Virus record (IMG/VR): IMGVR_UViG_3300038524_000024
Location: 32,001 to 96,000 of that record
DNA from: a virus
Taxonomy: Duplodnaviria > Caudoviricetes
Length of the DNA stretch: 64,000 nucleotides
Strand: one strand, 5' to 3'
This document shows, piece after piece, positions 10,354 through 18,397 of this stretch. The notes beneath the pieces were generated by a model. The model did not search any database and had not been told where the DNA came from. It saw only the letters and a program-made list of their open reading frames with translations. The position numbers were made by a program, and so were the translations under genes. Every line of letters starts with the position of its first letter. Within the stretch, counting starts at the first letter, position 1.

Positions 10354-11391
10354 ATGAAATTTGGAAGTTTATTTACTGGAATTGGCGGTTTTGATTTAGG
10401 GCTTTCAAATTCTGGAATGGAATGTGTTTGGCAGGTTGAGAACGATATAACCTGCCAGCACATACTAAGAAAACATTTTAATGGCGTTAAATTATATGAT
10501 AGTGTAAAAAAAGTAGGCAAAGACAACTTGGAAAAAATTGACCTTATCTGCGGTGGGTTTCCTTGCCAAGAGATATCTAAAGCCGGAAATCGTAAAGGAT
10601 TAAATGGAAGACGTAGTGGTTTGTGGTTTGAATATAAAAGAATTATTAGCGAATTACTTCCCAGATGGGTTATTATCGAAAACGTTCCGGGTTTGCTCAC
10701 ATCTGGAAATGGAGAAGACTTCAAAGAAGTTATCGGGTCGATTGATGAATTCGGGTATGGTGTTTCGTGGAGAATCTTGGATAGCAAATATTTCGGAGTC
10801 CCACAACGGCGCCGTAGACTCTTTATTGTCGGAAGTCTTGGAAACAACAGTTCATCCAAAGTACTTTTTGAGCGAAAGAGCCTGTCGGGGGATATTGAGG
10901 AGACTAATAACAAAAAAATCAAAAATCAAGAACCAAGAAGCAATTCTAATGGCTCTAAATCTTCGTATAACCCCACCATCTGGTGGAATGGAAGTCAAAT
11001 AAGCCAGACATTAGATAGGACACTATATAAAAGACAGGCAATGCCAGAAAAAGGAAGATTTCCTGCTGTTTTAACACCCATTTGGAGCAAATGCGAACTA
11101 TGTGAGAACTATTGGTGTAATATTCATGGAATGCATGTTGCTGATTGTGATTGCCCACCGGTAGAAGATTTTACAGAATGCTCTACGTATCCATACGATG
11201 CTTCATTATTACGCTATCTAACCCCATTAGAATGTGAAAGGCTACAAGGATTTCCAGACAATTGGACTGTTTGTAATATAGATGATATAGAAATATCTGA
11301 TATGCAAAGATATAAAAAAATTGGCAATGCGGTTACTGTGAATGTAGCAGAATGGATTGGAAAGCGAATTATGGAAGTAGATAAACTTTAG
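10354..11391 (+). CDS. dcm: DNA (cytosine-5)-methyltransferase
   Basis: FTGIGG (I), GGFPCQ (IV), ENVPG (VI), PQRRRR (VIII), RYLTPLECERLQGFP (IX), GNAV (X). Confidence 0.95.
   Translation: MKFGSLFTGIGGFDLGLSNSGMECVWQVENDITCQHILRKHFNGVKLYDSVKKVGKDNLEKIDLICGGFPCQEISKAGNRKGLNGRRSGLWFEYKRIISELLPRWVIIENVPGLLTSGNGEDFKEVIGSIDEFGYGVSWRILDSKYFGVPQRRRRLFIVGSLGNNSSSKVLFERKSLSGDIEETNNKKIKNQEPRSNSNGSKSSYNPTIWWNGSQISQTLDRTLYKRQAMPEKGRFPAVLTPIWSKCELCENYWCNIHGMHVADCDCPPVEDFTECSTYPYDASLLRYLTPLECERLQGFPDNWTVCNIDDIEISDMQRYKKIGNAVTVNVAEWIGKRIMEVDKL
10604..11002 (+). CDS. Putative nested out-of-frame methyltransferase beta polypeptide (M.EcoHK31I-type arrangement)
   Basis: 132 aa ORF entirely inside dcm in another frame; AAAGGA upstream of ATG; SG..NSGM..SE....SLLSEVLE..PKYFLS..ACRGILRR signature. 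Confidence 0.6.
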   Translation: MEDVVVCGLNIKELLANYFPDGLLSKTFRVCSHLEMEKTSKKLSGRLMNSGMVFRGESWIANISESHNGAVDSLLSEVLETTVHPKYFLSERACRGILRRLITKKSKIKNQEAILMALNLRITPPSGGMEVK

Positions 11392-11401
11392 GAGATTCAA
11401 T

Positions 11402-13081
11402 ATGAAAATAGATGTTCTTGATAAAGGATTTGTTGAATTACTTGAAAGTATGGGAAATGATAGTACCATTGCGGAATCTGCTAGAATTTCTCATTTAGGT
11501 AAATATAAATCTGATGAAGCAGATGCAAAACTTATTCGTAATCTAATTACTAGTGGACACACTTCACCACTAGAACAGGTTGAATTTCGATTTCTTGTAA
11601 AAGCACCCATATATGTCGCAAGACAATGGATGAGACATCGTACATGGTGTTTAAGCGGGGATACAGAAATAACATTCAACAGACCAGATAGGTGGAATCG
11701 AGGAATGCATACAAAGCAATCTCCATTTTTTGAAGACGGATTTACAATAAAAGAATTGTATAGGAAATGGAAGAAGTCTGAGCATTCAAAAAATATTATT
11801 TCATCTATGCTGCTACGTGTTTATGATGAAAAAGAAAAAAAATTCACTATTTCTAATATAAAAAATATTCTATATAGTGGTAAAAAAGAAGTATATAAAG
11901 TATCAACCCAATCTGGAAAAAATATTAAATGTTCAAAAGACCATCTGTTTTTAACTGGGGAAGGGTGGATGACACTAGAAAAAGCTCTCGGATTAGGGTT
12001 GACTAATAGCAATTTAGCGTATATGACTGATAATAGCGCTTTTTTTCTAACTAATGGAGAGCAATTATATCAAAACAAAGAGTGGCTATCAAACCAAAAA
12101 ACTTTAGGAAAATCTGTACAGGATATGGCAGATGAAGCTGGATGTGGATATTATACAATAAGAAAATATTTAAAGCGATATAACTTACAGTTTGACCCTC
12201 TCCAAAATTTAGCAGGGGTCAACGGGAAACCAGTTTGGAACAAGGGTGTTTATGGATATAAATTAAATACTATTTTTTCAGAAGAAGCTAAAGAGAATAT
12301 AAGAAAAGCTAGGGCGGGAGAAAAATCTAACTTTTGGAAAGGAGGAGTTACCTCTGATAGAGCACGCATAGCAGGGTGGGCCAACAGTGTTGCAAAAAGT
12401 GTGCATGCCAAGAATAATTATACATGCCAGCGTTGTAATAAGGTTGGAGGAAAGTTGCATGCCCATCATATTATGCCAGTAGTGGATTATCCAGAAAAAG
12501 CATATGATATAAAAAATTTAACAACGCTATGTGAAAATTGCCACAAAGAGATTCATAATAATAAAGAAAACAATAGAAGCAAAAACGGAACTCCTTTACT
12601 GGCTAAATTAGAACAGATAGTTTCTATTGAGTATATTGGTATTGAAGATACATATGATATAGAAGTCGAAGGAGAACATCACAACTTTGTAGCAAACGGG
12701 TTTGTTGTTCATAACTCATACTCCGAGGTTTCCCGTAGATACACATCAAAAGATATGGATTTTTATGTACCACAATTTGACAGTGAGGATGCAAAACACG
12801 CCTATGAACAATCTGTTTTCATATCGCTCAACGCATACAATAAGCTTATAGAAGAGTCGGTCAGAAAAGAACAGGCAAGAGGTGTTCTACCAACTTGTTT
12901 GTACACAACATTCTATGCTAAAACGGACTTGCACAATCTCTTTCATTTTCTAGAGTTAAGACTAGGCAAAGGTGCTCAATATGAAATAGTAGAATATGCT
13001 AATGCAATTTGTAAATTGATTGAGCCAATAGCACCAATAACAATGCAGATTTGGCTAGAAAAATATAATGTGGTAAAATAA
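11402..13081 (+). CDS. thyX: FAD-dependent thymidylate synthase, intein-containing
   Basis: GHTSPLEQ, RQWMRHRTW|SYSEVSRRY, EQARGVLP, FLELR..AQYEI. Confidence 0.95.
   Translation: MKIDVLDKGFVELLESMGNDSTIAESARISHLGKYKSDEADAKLIRNLITSGHTSPLEQVEFRFLVKAPIYVARQWMRHRTWCLSGDTEITFNRPDRWNRGMHTKQSPFFEDGFTIKELYRKWKKSEHSKNIISSMLLRVYDEKEKKFTISNIKNILYSGKKEVYKVSTQSGKNIKCSKDHLFLTGEGWMTLEKALGLGLTNSNLAYMTDNSAFFLTNGEQLYQNKEWLSNQKTLGKSVQDMADEAGCGYYTIRKYLKRYNLQFDPLQNLAGVNGKPVWNKGVYGYKLNTIFSEEAKENIRKARAGEKSNFWKGGVTSDRARIAGWANSVAKSVHAKNNYTCQRCNKVGGKLHAHHIMPVVDYPEKAYDIKNLTTLCENCHKEIHNNKENNRSKNGTPLLAKLEQIVSIEYIGIEDTYDIEVEGEHHNFVANGFVVHNSYSEVSRRYTSKDMDFYVPQFDSEDAKHAYEQSVFISLNAYNKLIEESVRKEQARGVLPTCLYTTFYAKTDLHNLFHFLELRLGKGAQYEIVEYANAICKLIEPIAPITMQIWLEKYNVVK
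11648..12715 (+). mobile_element. Intein in ThyX with HNH endonuclease (356 aa)
   Basis: Starts CLSGDTEI, SKDHLF block B, HNH (CQRC..HAHHI..NL..LCENCH..IH), ends TYDIEV..VVHN followed by +1 Ser. Confidence 0.92.
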
Positions 13082-13082
13082 A

Positions 13083-13952
13083 ATGTCTATCTTAATCTCT
13101 AATGAAAACGAATTGACTCCAGTAGATAAAATAGATGATTTTTTATTTGTTAAAAGAGATGATTTATTTTCTCCTTCTGATGCATCCGGTATCAATGGAG
13201 GAAAATTGAGACAATGTATTTTTTTATTCAAGTCAATTGAGCATAAATACAATGGAGTTATAACAGGTTGTGGAATATATTCACCCCAATCGTCTATTGT
13301 ATCTTATGTTGCAAATAAGCAAGAAATTCCTTCTTATGTTTGTGTGGGTGGAACTACGGAAAATAATATAAACCAAAACAAATATTTATCTTTATCTAAA
13401 AAATATGGTGGTCAAATAATTAATTTAAAAAGTGGAAGACACACCGTGCTATATAAATACGCAAGAGAAAGAGCATTAAAAGATAATTTGTTTTTAGTAA
13501 ATTATGGTATCAACCTAGACGATAACATGCAATCCCTTATTTTTTCTACTGCTAATCAAGTAGAAAATATACCGGACTATTTAGACAATTTATTTATTAC
13601 TTGTGGTAGCGGAATCACGTCCATTGGAATATTAGTTGGAATAAAAAAGTTTGGCAAAAAGATAAGAAATATTACATTGATAGGAAACGCACCAAATAGA
13701 ACTTTAAAAATAAAAAAAACATTAGCACTAATAGAAAATTATGATAATCAATACAAAGGTGTTTTAGACATTGATTTTAATTTTATAGACAGATATTCAG
13801 ATATAAATTTCAAATATGAAAGAAAAGAAACTGGATTTCTAAATGATATATTGCTGCACCCAAACTATGAAGCAAAAGCTTGGAATTATATAGTTCAAGA
13901 AAAACTACTATCTGGAAAAAATTTATTTTGGATAGTGGGTGCTTCTTTATAA
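13083..13952 (+). CDS. Fold-type II PLP-dependent enzyme (ACC deaminase/D-cysteine desulfhydrase-like)
   Basis: VKRDDLF..NGGKLRQ (PLP lysine), SPQ, TCGSGIT phosphate loop, PNYEAKAW. Confidence 0.85.
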   Translation: MSILISNENELTPVDKIDDFLFVKRDDLFSPSDASGINGGKLRQCIFLFKSIEHKYNGVITGCGIYSPQSSIVSYVANKQEIPSYVCVGGTTENNINQNKYLSLSKKYGGQIINLKSGRHTVLYKYARERALKDNLFLVNYGINLDDNMQSLIFSTANQVENIPDYLDNLFITCGSGITSIGILVGIKKFGKKIRNITLIGNAPNRTLKIKKTLALIENYDNQYKGVLDIDFNFIDRYSDINFKYERKETGFLNDILLHPNYEAKAWNYIVQEKLLSGKNLFWIVGASL

Positions 13953-13963
13953 GAAAGGAAATT

Positions 13964-15043
13964 ATGACATACAAATATCCAATTCAACTAACTCAACAGT
14001 TTCGTTTTTGTGGAAATGCTTTTAGAATAGACCTATATCGGGGCTGTGATTTTGGTTGTAATTATTGTTTTGCTAACAATCGTGGGGGAGGCATTAAAAG
14101 AGGTTACGATAGCGCAGAGTTTGAACAAATTGAAAATTTATTTACAAAAGCTTTTGAATCTGATAAGGAATATAAAGATGTAACAGTTGAACTTATAAAG
14201 AGAAAAGTTCCCTTGCATTTGGGTGGCATGTCAGACCCTTTTCAAGAAAGAGAATTTGAACAAGAGTTGTCTTATAAATTGTTGGAATTGACTAAAAAAT
14301 ATAATTATCCAATGATTATATCTACAAAGCAAGCTTTTTTACCTGAAAAATATTGGCAAGTTATGGATAATAAAATTCATGCTTTTCAAATTAGTTTAAT
14401 GGGATATGATGATAGTTTCCTTACTCAATACGAGGGAAATACCCCAAGCGTAACAGAAAGAATTGCATTTATGCAAAAATTACATGACAATGGTTTTTGG
14501 GTATCTCTACGTTTGCAACCACTAATTGATTTAGAACAAGCAAAGAAAGTTATTGTGGCTGTTGAAGATATTGTCAACTATATTACTATAGAACATTTGA
14601 AAATTCCTAATGATAATGTGGAAATTAAAAATTTATTTGCGCCACTCATAAAAAAGGAGGATTATTATTATCCTAGTTCTATGCGTAACATGGAACTTAA
14701 AAAAGAAATAAAAGAATATAATTTTAATGAAATTAAAAAAATTACTAAAATTAAATTAGGTGCTGGTGATAATGATTTACATTATTTGTCAGATAGCCGA
14801 AATTGCTGTGGTATTGATACGATTGGAAAAGAATTTGATAACTGGTTAAAATATAATTATACATATTTTGTGACAGGTGATAAAAGTGAAAATTTTGACG
14901 AGCTATGGTGTCCTGTCGGAAATGTAAATAGTTTTTTAAATCCTGATACTCGCATAAAGGGATTTAATAGTTACAAACAATATACAGATGCATATACAGA
15001 AAAATTTGGTAAGAAAATGAAAAGGTTAGAAAAAAATGAATAA
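13964..15043 (+). CDS. Radical SAM enzyme (SPL/Rv2578c-like)
   Basis: DLYRGCDFGCNYCFA (CxxxCxxC), GGMSDPFQ..E, ISTK, PS..ER, RLQP; ATG 13964 after AAAGGAA. Confidence 0.9.
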   Translation: MTYKYPIQLTQQFRFCGNAFRIDLYRGCDFGCNYCFANNRGGGIKRGYDSAEFEQIENLFTKAFESDKEYKDVTVELIKRKVPLHLGGMSDPFQEREFEQELSYKLLELTKKYNYPMIISTKQAFLPEKYWQVMDNKIHAFQISLMGYDDSFLTQYEGNTPSVTERIAFMQKLHDNGFWVSLRLQPLIDLEQAKKVIVAVEDIVNYITIEHLKIPNDNVEIKNLFAPLIKKEDYYYPSSMRNMELKKEIKEYNFNEIKKITKIKLGAGDNDLHYLSDSRNCCGIDTIGKEFDNWLKYNYTYFVTGDKSENFDELWCPVGNVNSFLNPDTRIKGFNSYKQYTDAYTEKFGKKMKRLEKNE

Positions 15044-15094
15044 ACTAGATTAAAATAAAATATAACTTTCATTTGAAACAATAAGGAGATTCTT

Positions 15095-15283
15095 GTGCGT
15101 GAAATAGACCGTATAGACCGTATCTTAAATATCATTTCAAAACTCTGGCATTTAATGCCAGATTTGAGATTGGGGCAACTTCTATATAATTTCGCTGGCT
15201 TTGGAGATAAAGAGTATTATATAGAGGACGATATCACTGAAGAGAAATTGTTAGCATCACTGCGTAAGTGGAATATTGAATGA
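15095..15283 (+). CDS. Small conserved-type phage protein
   Basis: MRE.DRI..IL..W...PDLRLGQLL pattern; AAGGAG RBS. Confidence 0.7.
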   Translation: MREIDRIDRILNIISKLWHLMPDLRLGQLLYNFAGFGDKEYYIEDDITEEKLLASLRKWNIE

Positions 15284-15501
15284 TAATCGTAACTCATATA
15301 TATTTATGTGAAGTTTGTGGTAAAATTGTATCAGAAACGGAAGAGGGTGACCGCTATGGTGATGACCTTATAGATTATCCTAAAGGTTGGATAGATGTTT
15401 GGAAAGATGATAACCACAATGTTGGATATTGCCCAGAATGTGCAGAGAAGCATAAGGATGAATATTATTTAGATAAAAATAGTTTTTATTGGTACAAATA
15501 A
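15280..15501 (+). CDS. Small zinc-finger protein
   Basis: CEVC ... CPEC; ATGA overlap with upstream gene. Confidence 0.65.
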   Translation: MIIVTHIYLCEVCGKIVSETEEGDRYGDDLIDYPKGWIDVWKDDNHNVGYCPECAEKHKDEYYLDKNSFYWYK

Positions 15502-15516
15502 AAGGAATCTATACAT

Positions 15517-15816
15517 ATGAGAAACGAACGTCAAGAAATATACTGTCACGAGTGTAATAATTATGTCCAATTTGTCATTGACCTTGAACTGAACGGAAAT
15601 CATGTTCTCAAATGTCCAAAATGTGGACACGAACATTGTCGAGTTGTTAGGAACGGAATTATCACCGATGACAGATGGGATAGTAGAAATGGAGCAGCGA
15701 TATATGTATCAAGATATACAATCACTTATAGCACAAATTCATATGCTACAACTTCAAGTTTTGGTACAGCCACAAACGCTTTCATCTTTGCCTCTGCCGG
15801 CACCTCGGTAGCATAA
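15517..15816 (+). CDS. Zinc-ribbon protein
   Basis: CHEC ... CPKCGHEHC. Confidence 0.65.
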   Translation: MRNERQEIYCHECNNYVQFVIDLELNGNHVLKCPKCGHEHCRVVRNGIITDDRWDSRNGAAIYVSRYTITYSTNSYATTSSFGTATNAFIFASAGTSVA

Positions 15817-15827
15817 AGGGAGATTCT

Positions 15828-16039
15828 ATGGGATGCGTAGAAAATGTAGATTACAATAAGTTTCCAAAACAAAGTAACTGGCTTAATAAAAGAACAAGGG
15901 TTTGTTTTTTTATGGAGAAAAGACTCTTAAGGGTACAATCGTTAGAGAAGATATGGAAGACCCTTTTAGAACAATAATTCGCCTTGATGATGGTAGATAT
16001 ATATTGTCTGGTGAATGTCAATATGCACCAGAAAATTAA
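15828..16039 (+). pseudogene. Small phage gene split by a frameshift in a T7 run
   Basis: MGCVENVDYNKFPKQSNWLNKRTRVCFF continues in the -1 frame as YGEKTLKGTIVREDMEDPFRTIIRLDDGRYILSGECQYAPEN; RBS GGGAG. Confidence 0.55.
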
Positions 16040-16047
16040 TAAAATAA

Positions 16048-16275
16048 ATGTTTATGACAACACTAAAGAAAGGTTTTATGAAAATTAATATAGAAGATAT
16101 TCAAAAGAATCTCGACCAAAGAAAAGAGTGGAACCTTTTTCCACTTGATAAAATTGAATTCTATGAAAATGGTATAAAATTAGAGATACCCAAAGATGTG
16201 ATTATTCAATTTGAAAAAATTGGATTGAATAATGTTGATTTCATTACTAGTGGATATTATAAAAGGAAATTTTAA
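16048..16275 (+). CDS. Hypothetical protein
   Basis: 75 aa ORF; start may be ATG 16078 after GAAAGG. Confidence 0.55.
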   Translation: MFMTTLKKGFMKINIEDIQKNLDQRKEWNLFPLDKIEFYENGIKLEIPKDVIIQFEKIGLNNVDFITSGYYKRKF

Positions 16276-16276
16276 A

Positions 16277-16726
16277 ATGAATTCTGAATATGGAGATTTC
16301 AAACTGAATTCTGAACTTGGTACTTATACGACAGAAAACTTTGAATTAACAAAGAAGCATGAATTTGATGCAGGACTTGATATTTGCTCAAATGAAAATA
16401 TCGAAGTACCAGCAAGAGGAAGACAACTTGTGATGACCGGAATACGGTTGAAAATTCCAGATGGCATGGCAGGACTAGTCTGGTCTAGAAGCGGACTTTC
16501 TGTGGCACATGGTATAGAGGTGGGGGCAGGACTCATTGATTCCACATACAGAGGCGAGTTGGGTGTTTTACTATATAACCACTCTGACGAACCATTTGAG
16601 ATAAAGAAAGGCAATAGAATTGCCCAATTAGTTACTGTTCCAATTATGCTTGATACATATCTAAAAGTTGAAACATTAGATGAAACGCCTCGTGGTGAAG
16701 GTGGATTTGGTAGTACAGGAATATAA
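16277..16726 (+). CDS. dut: Trimeric dUTPase
   Basis: AGLDI, SRSG, GLIDSTYRGE, RIAQL, RGEGGFGSTG (motifs 1-5). Confidence 0.95.
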   Translation: MNSEYGDFKLNSELGTYTTENFELTKKHEFDAGLDICSNENIEVPARGRQLVMTGIRLKIPDGMAGLVWSRSGLSVAHGIEVGAGLIDSTYRGELGVLLYNHSDEPFEIKKGNRIAQLVTVPIMLDTYLKVETLDETPRGEGGFGSTGI

Positions 16727-16735
16727 TAAAAAGGT

Positions 16736-16770
16736 AAAAAATACCCCCTCGAATGAGGGGGTATTTTTTT
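16736..16770. terminator. Bidirectional intrinsic terminator between the convergent arms
   Basis: AAAAAATACCCCCTC-GAAT-GAGGGGGTATTTTTT. Confidence 0.9.
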
Positions 16771-17293
16771 ATTTCGTAGTTCTACGTGCATATTTGCGTT
16801 TTGGTGCTTCTAATGGTATCAAGTTAGCATTCTTCATTTGAACAATAAGTTCAGAATTATATTGCTGTGCTACCCCTAAATCAAATTTTAACTCGTTGAT
16901 AACTTCATCTTGTTCACACATTTTTATTTCTTGTTCGTTGAGTCGAATATTATTGTTATCGATTACTATAGCCTGTTCTTTAATAGTTAGGTCTTGAGCC
17001 ACTACTTTACTATTAAGCTCATCATGTGCGAACTTAAGCATATTATAATCATTTTCAAGTCGTAAAAGCTTAGTCTGCAAATTAACCGCTTGTTCTGCAG
17101 CTTTGTTGGCAATATCATTAAACTGGTCAGCTACAGACGCTTCTTTTCCCAGGTTGTCTAAATCCATACCCTTTGCTTCTTTAGGCATCATTTTTGCGGC
17201 TCTTATCCATGTAAATACAGCACCTATTATAGCTATAATACTCGATATTAAAACGCCTGTTACTAAATTAATTAGTTCTTGAGTAAGTTCCAT
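16769..17293 (-). CDS. Membrane-anchored coiled-coil protein
   Basis: N-terminal TM helix (LVTGVLISSIIAIIGAVFTW) followed by a long heptad-like region. Confidence 0.7.
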   Translation of the reverse strand: MELTQELINLVTGVLISSIIAIIGAVFTWIRAAKMMPKEAKGMDLDNLGKEASVADQFNDIANKAAEQAVNLQTKLLRLENDYNMLKFAHDELNSKVVAQDLTIKEQAIVIDNNNIRLNEQEIKMCEQDEVINELKFDLGVAQQYNSELIVQMKNANLIPLEAPKRKYARRTTK

Positions 17294-17625
17294 TGGTCGC
17301 TCCTTCCGCTTTTTTCAAACTTATATCTTATGCGCGTCCATACGGAAATAACAGATGAAGATAATAAGATAACAGGTCTGATAAATAAACTTCCAAATGA
17401 ATACGGCACTATTGGGGCAACTTCAATAAAAGACTCTTCTAATATATAACCAAATATTATTGACCACACAAAGCAAATTAAAGTTTGGACTAATACAATC
17501 CAATCAAACTGCCTTTTAAGTTTTGTCAGTAATAGATATCCTACTCCGAACCGTACTCCTATAACTGAGAATACAACAATAAGTACTGCTAAAAAGTTGA
17601 CAACTATATCATATATAGTTTTCAT
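17272..17625 (-). CDS. Three-TM membrane protein
   Basis: Three hydrophobic segments; SFGSLFIRPVILL. Confidence 0.65.
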   Translation of the reverse strand: MKTIYDIVVNFLAVLIVVFSVIGVRFGVGYLLLTKLKRQFDWIVLVQTLICFVWSIIFGYILEESFIEVAPIVPYSFGSLFIRPVILLSSSVISVWTRIRYKFEKSGRSDQWNLLKN

Positions 17626-17975
17626 AGGTATTTACTTCCCTTCCTTCGATATTTTTCTTTTTCACTTATTGCTGTACCAACAGCTTCCAGTACAATTAGC
17701 GGGCGTATAACTACCGCTCCGAAAGAACTATTATCTATTATGTGTCCTTTTATAGCTGTTGCAACAATGATATAGCTAAATGCAACTACAAATAGAAAAC
17801 TAACAATTAAATTAAAATATGTGGTAAAAAATACTTTACCTGTAGTTTGTTTATAAAGTAAAATCCTTTTTATGTTATAGTATATTGCCCATGAAAACCA
17901 AAAGATGATATTTGCGGATAAAACTATTGCTATAACATCTAGCGCCGAATTTACTGTTTGTGCTCCTTCTATCAT
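17622..17975 (-). CDS. Three-TM membrane protein, paralogue of the adjacent gene
   Basis: Same length (117 aa); SFGAVVIRPLIVL. Confidence 0.65.
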   Translation of the reverse strand: MIEGAQTVNSALDVIAIVLSANIIFWFSWAIYYNIKRILLYKQTTGKVFFTTYFNLIVSFLFVVAFSYIIVATAIKGHIIDNSSFGAVVIRPLIVLEAVGTAISEKEKYRRKGSKYL

Positions 17976-18061
17976 TTCAAATCCTTTCTTTTTTGTCTAT
18001 ATCACTCTTTTTCATAAGCAAAATGAAAAGCCCTACTCAAATATATCTTTCGGGCTTATAT

Positions 18062-18397
18062 CTATTCAACAATTGGTGTTGCTACATATAATGTATCACA
18101 AACTGTAAACCTAACTTTTTCAGTAAAAAACTTTCCTAAACTGGTTTCCACATAGCCTTGAACAGACCATACACCCGGTTTATCTATATCCCCGGCAATA
18201 GTTATGTATTGTAATATTCCATCAGCTCCATTCGTTAAGAATGAAGCTGATTTTTGCACCTTTGTTCCAGATGGATTCTGGAAATAAATATATTTTACAT
18301 CAGCGGTATCAAGGTCAATTGGTACGCCGTTTTCATCGGTGACAATTAGCCTAAATATAGTACCAACGTCCCCTTTATGAATAAATGTTGACTTCAT
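18062..18397 (-). CDS. BppU N-terminal-like structural protein
   Basis: GDVGT.F...VTDENGVPIDL..A...PSG...DG.LQY....GDID.PG.W..Q pattern. Confidence 0.6.
   Translation of the reverse strand: MKSTFIHKGDVGTIFRLIVTDENGVPIDLDTADVKYIYFQNPSGTKVQKSASFLTNGADGILQYITIAGDIDKPGVWSVQGYVETSLGKFFTEKVRFTVCDTLYVATPIVE

Noticed and set aside
10194-10922. 242 aa antisense ORF over nrdJ/dcm, and other opposite-strand ORFs such as 16324-16791, 22425-22904 and 35360-35929
   Set aside because: Shadows of well-supported genes, with no motifs or RBS
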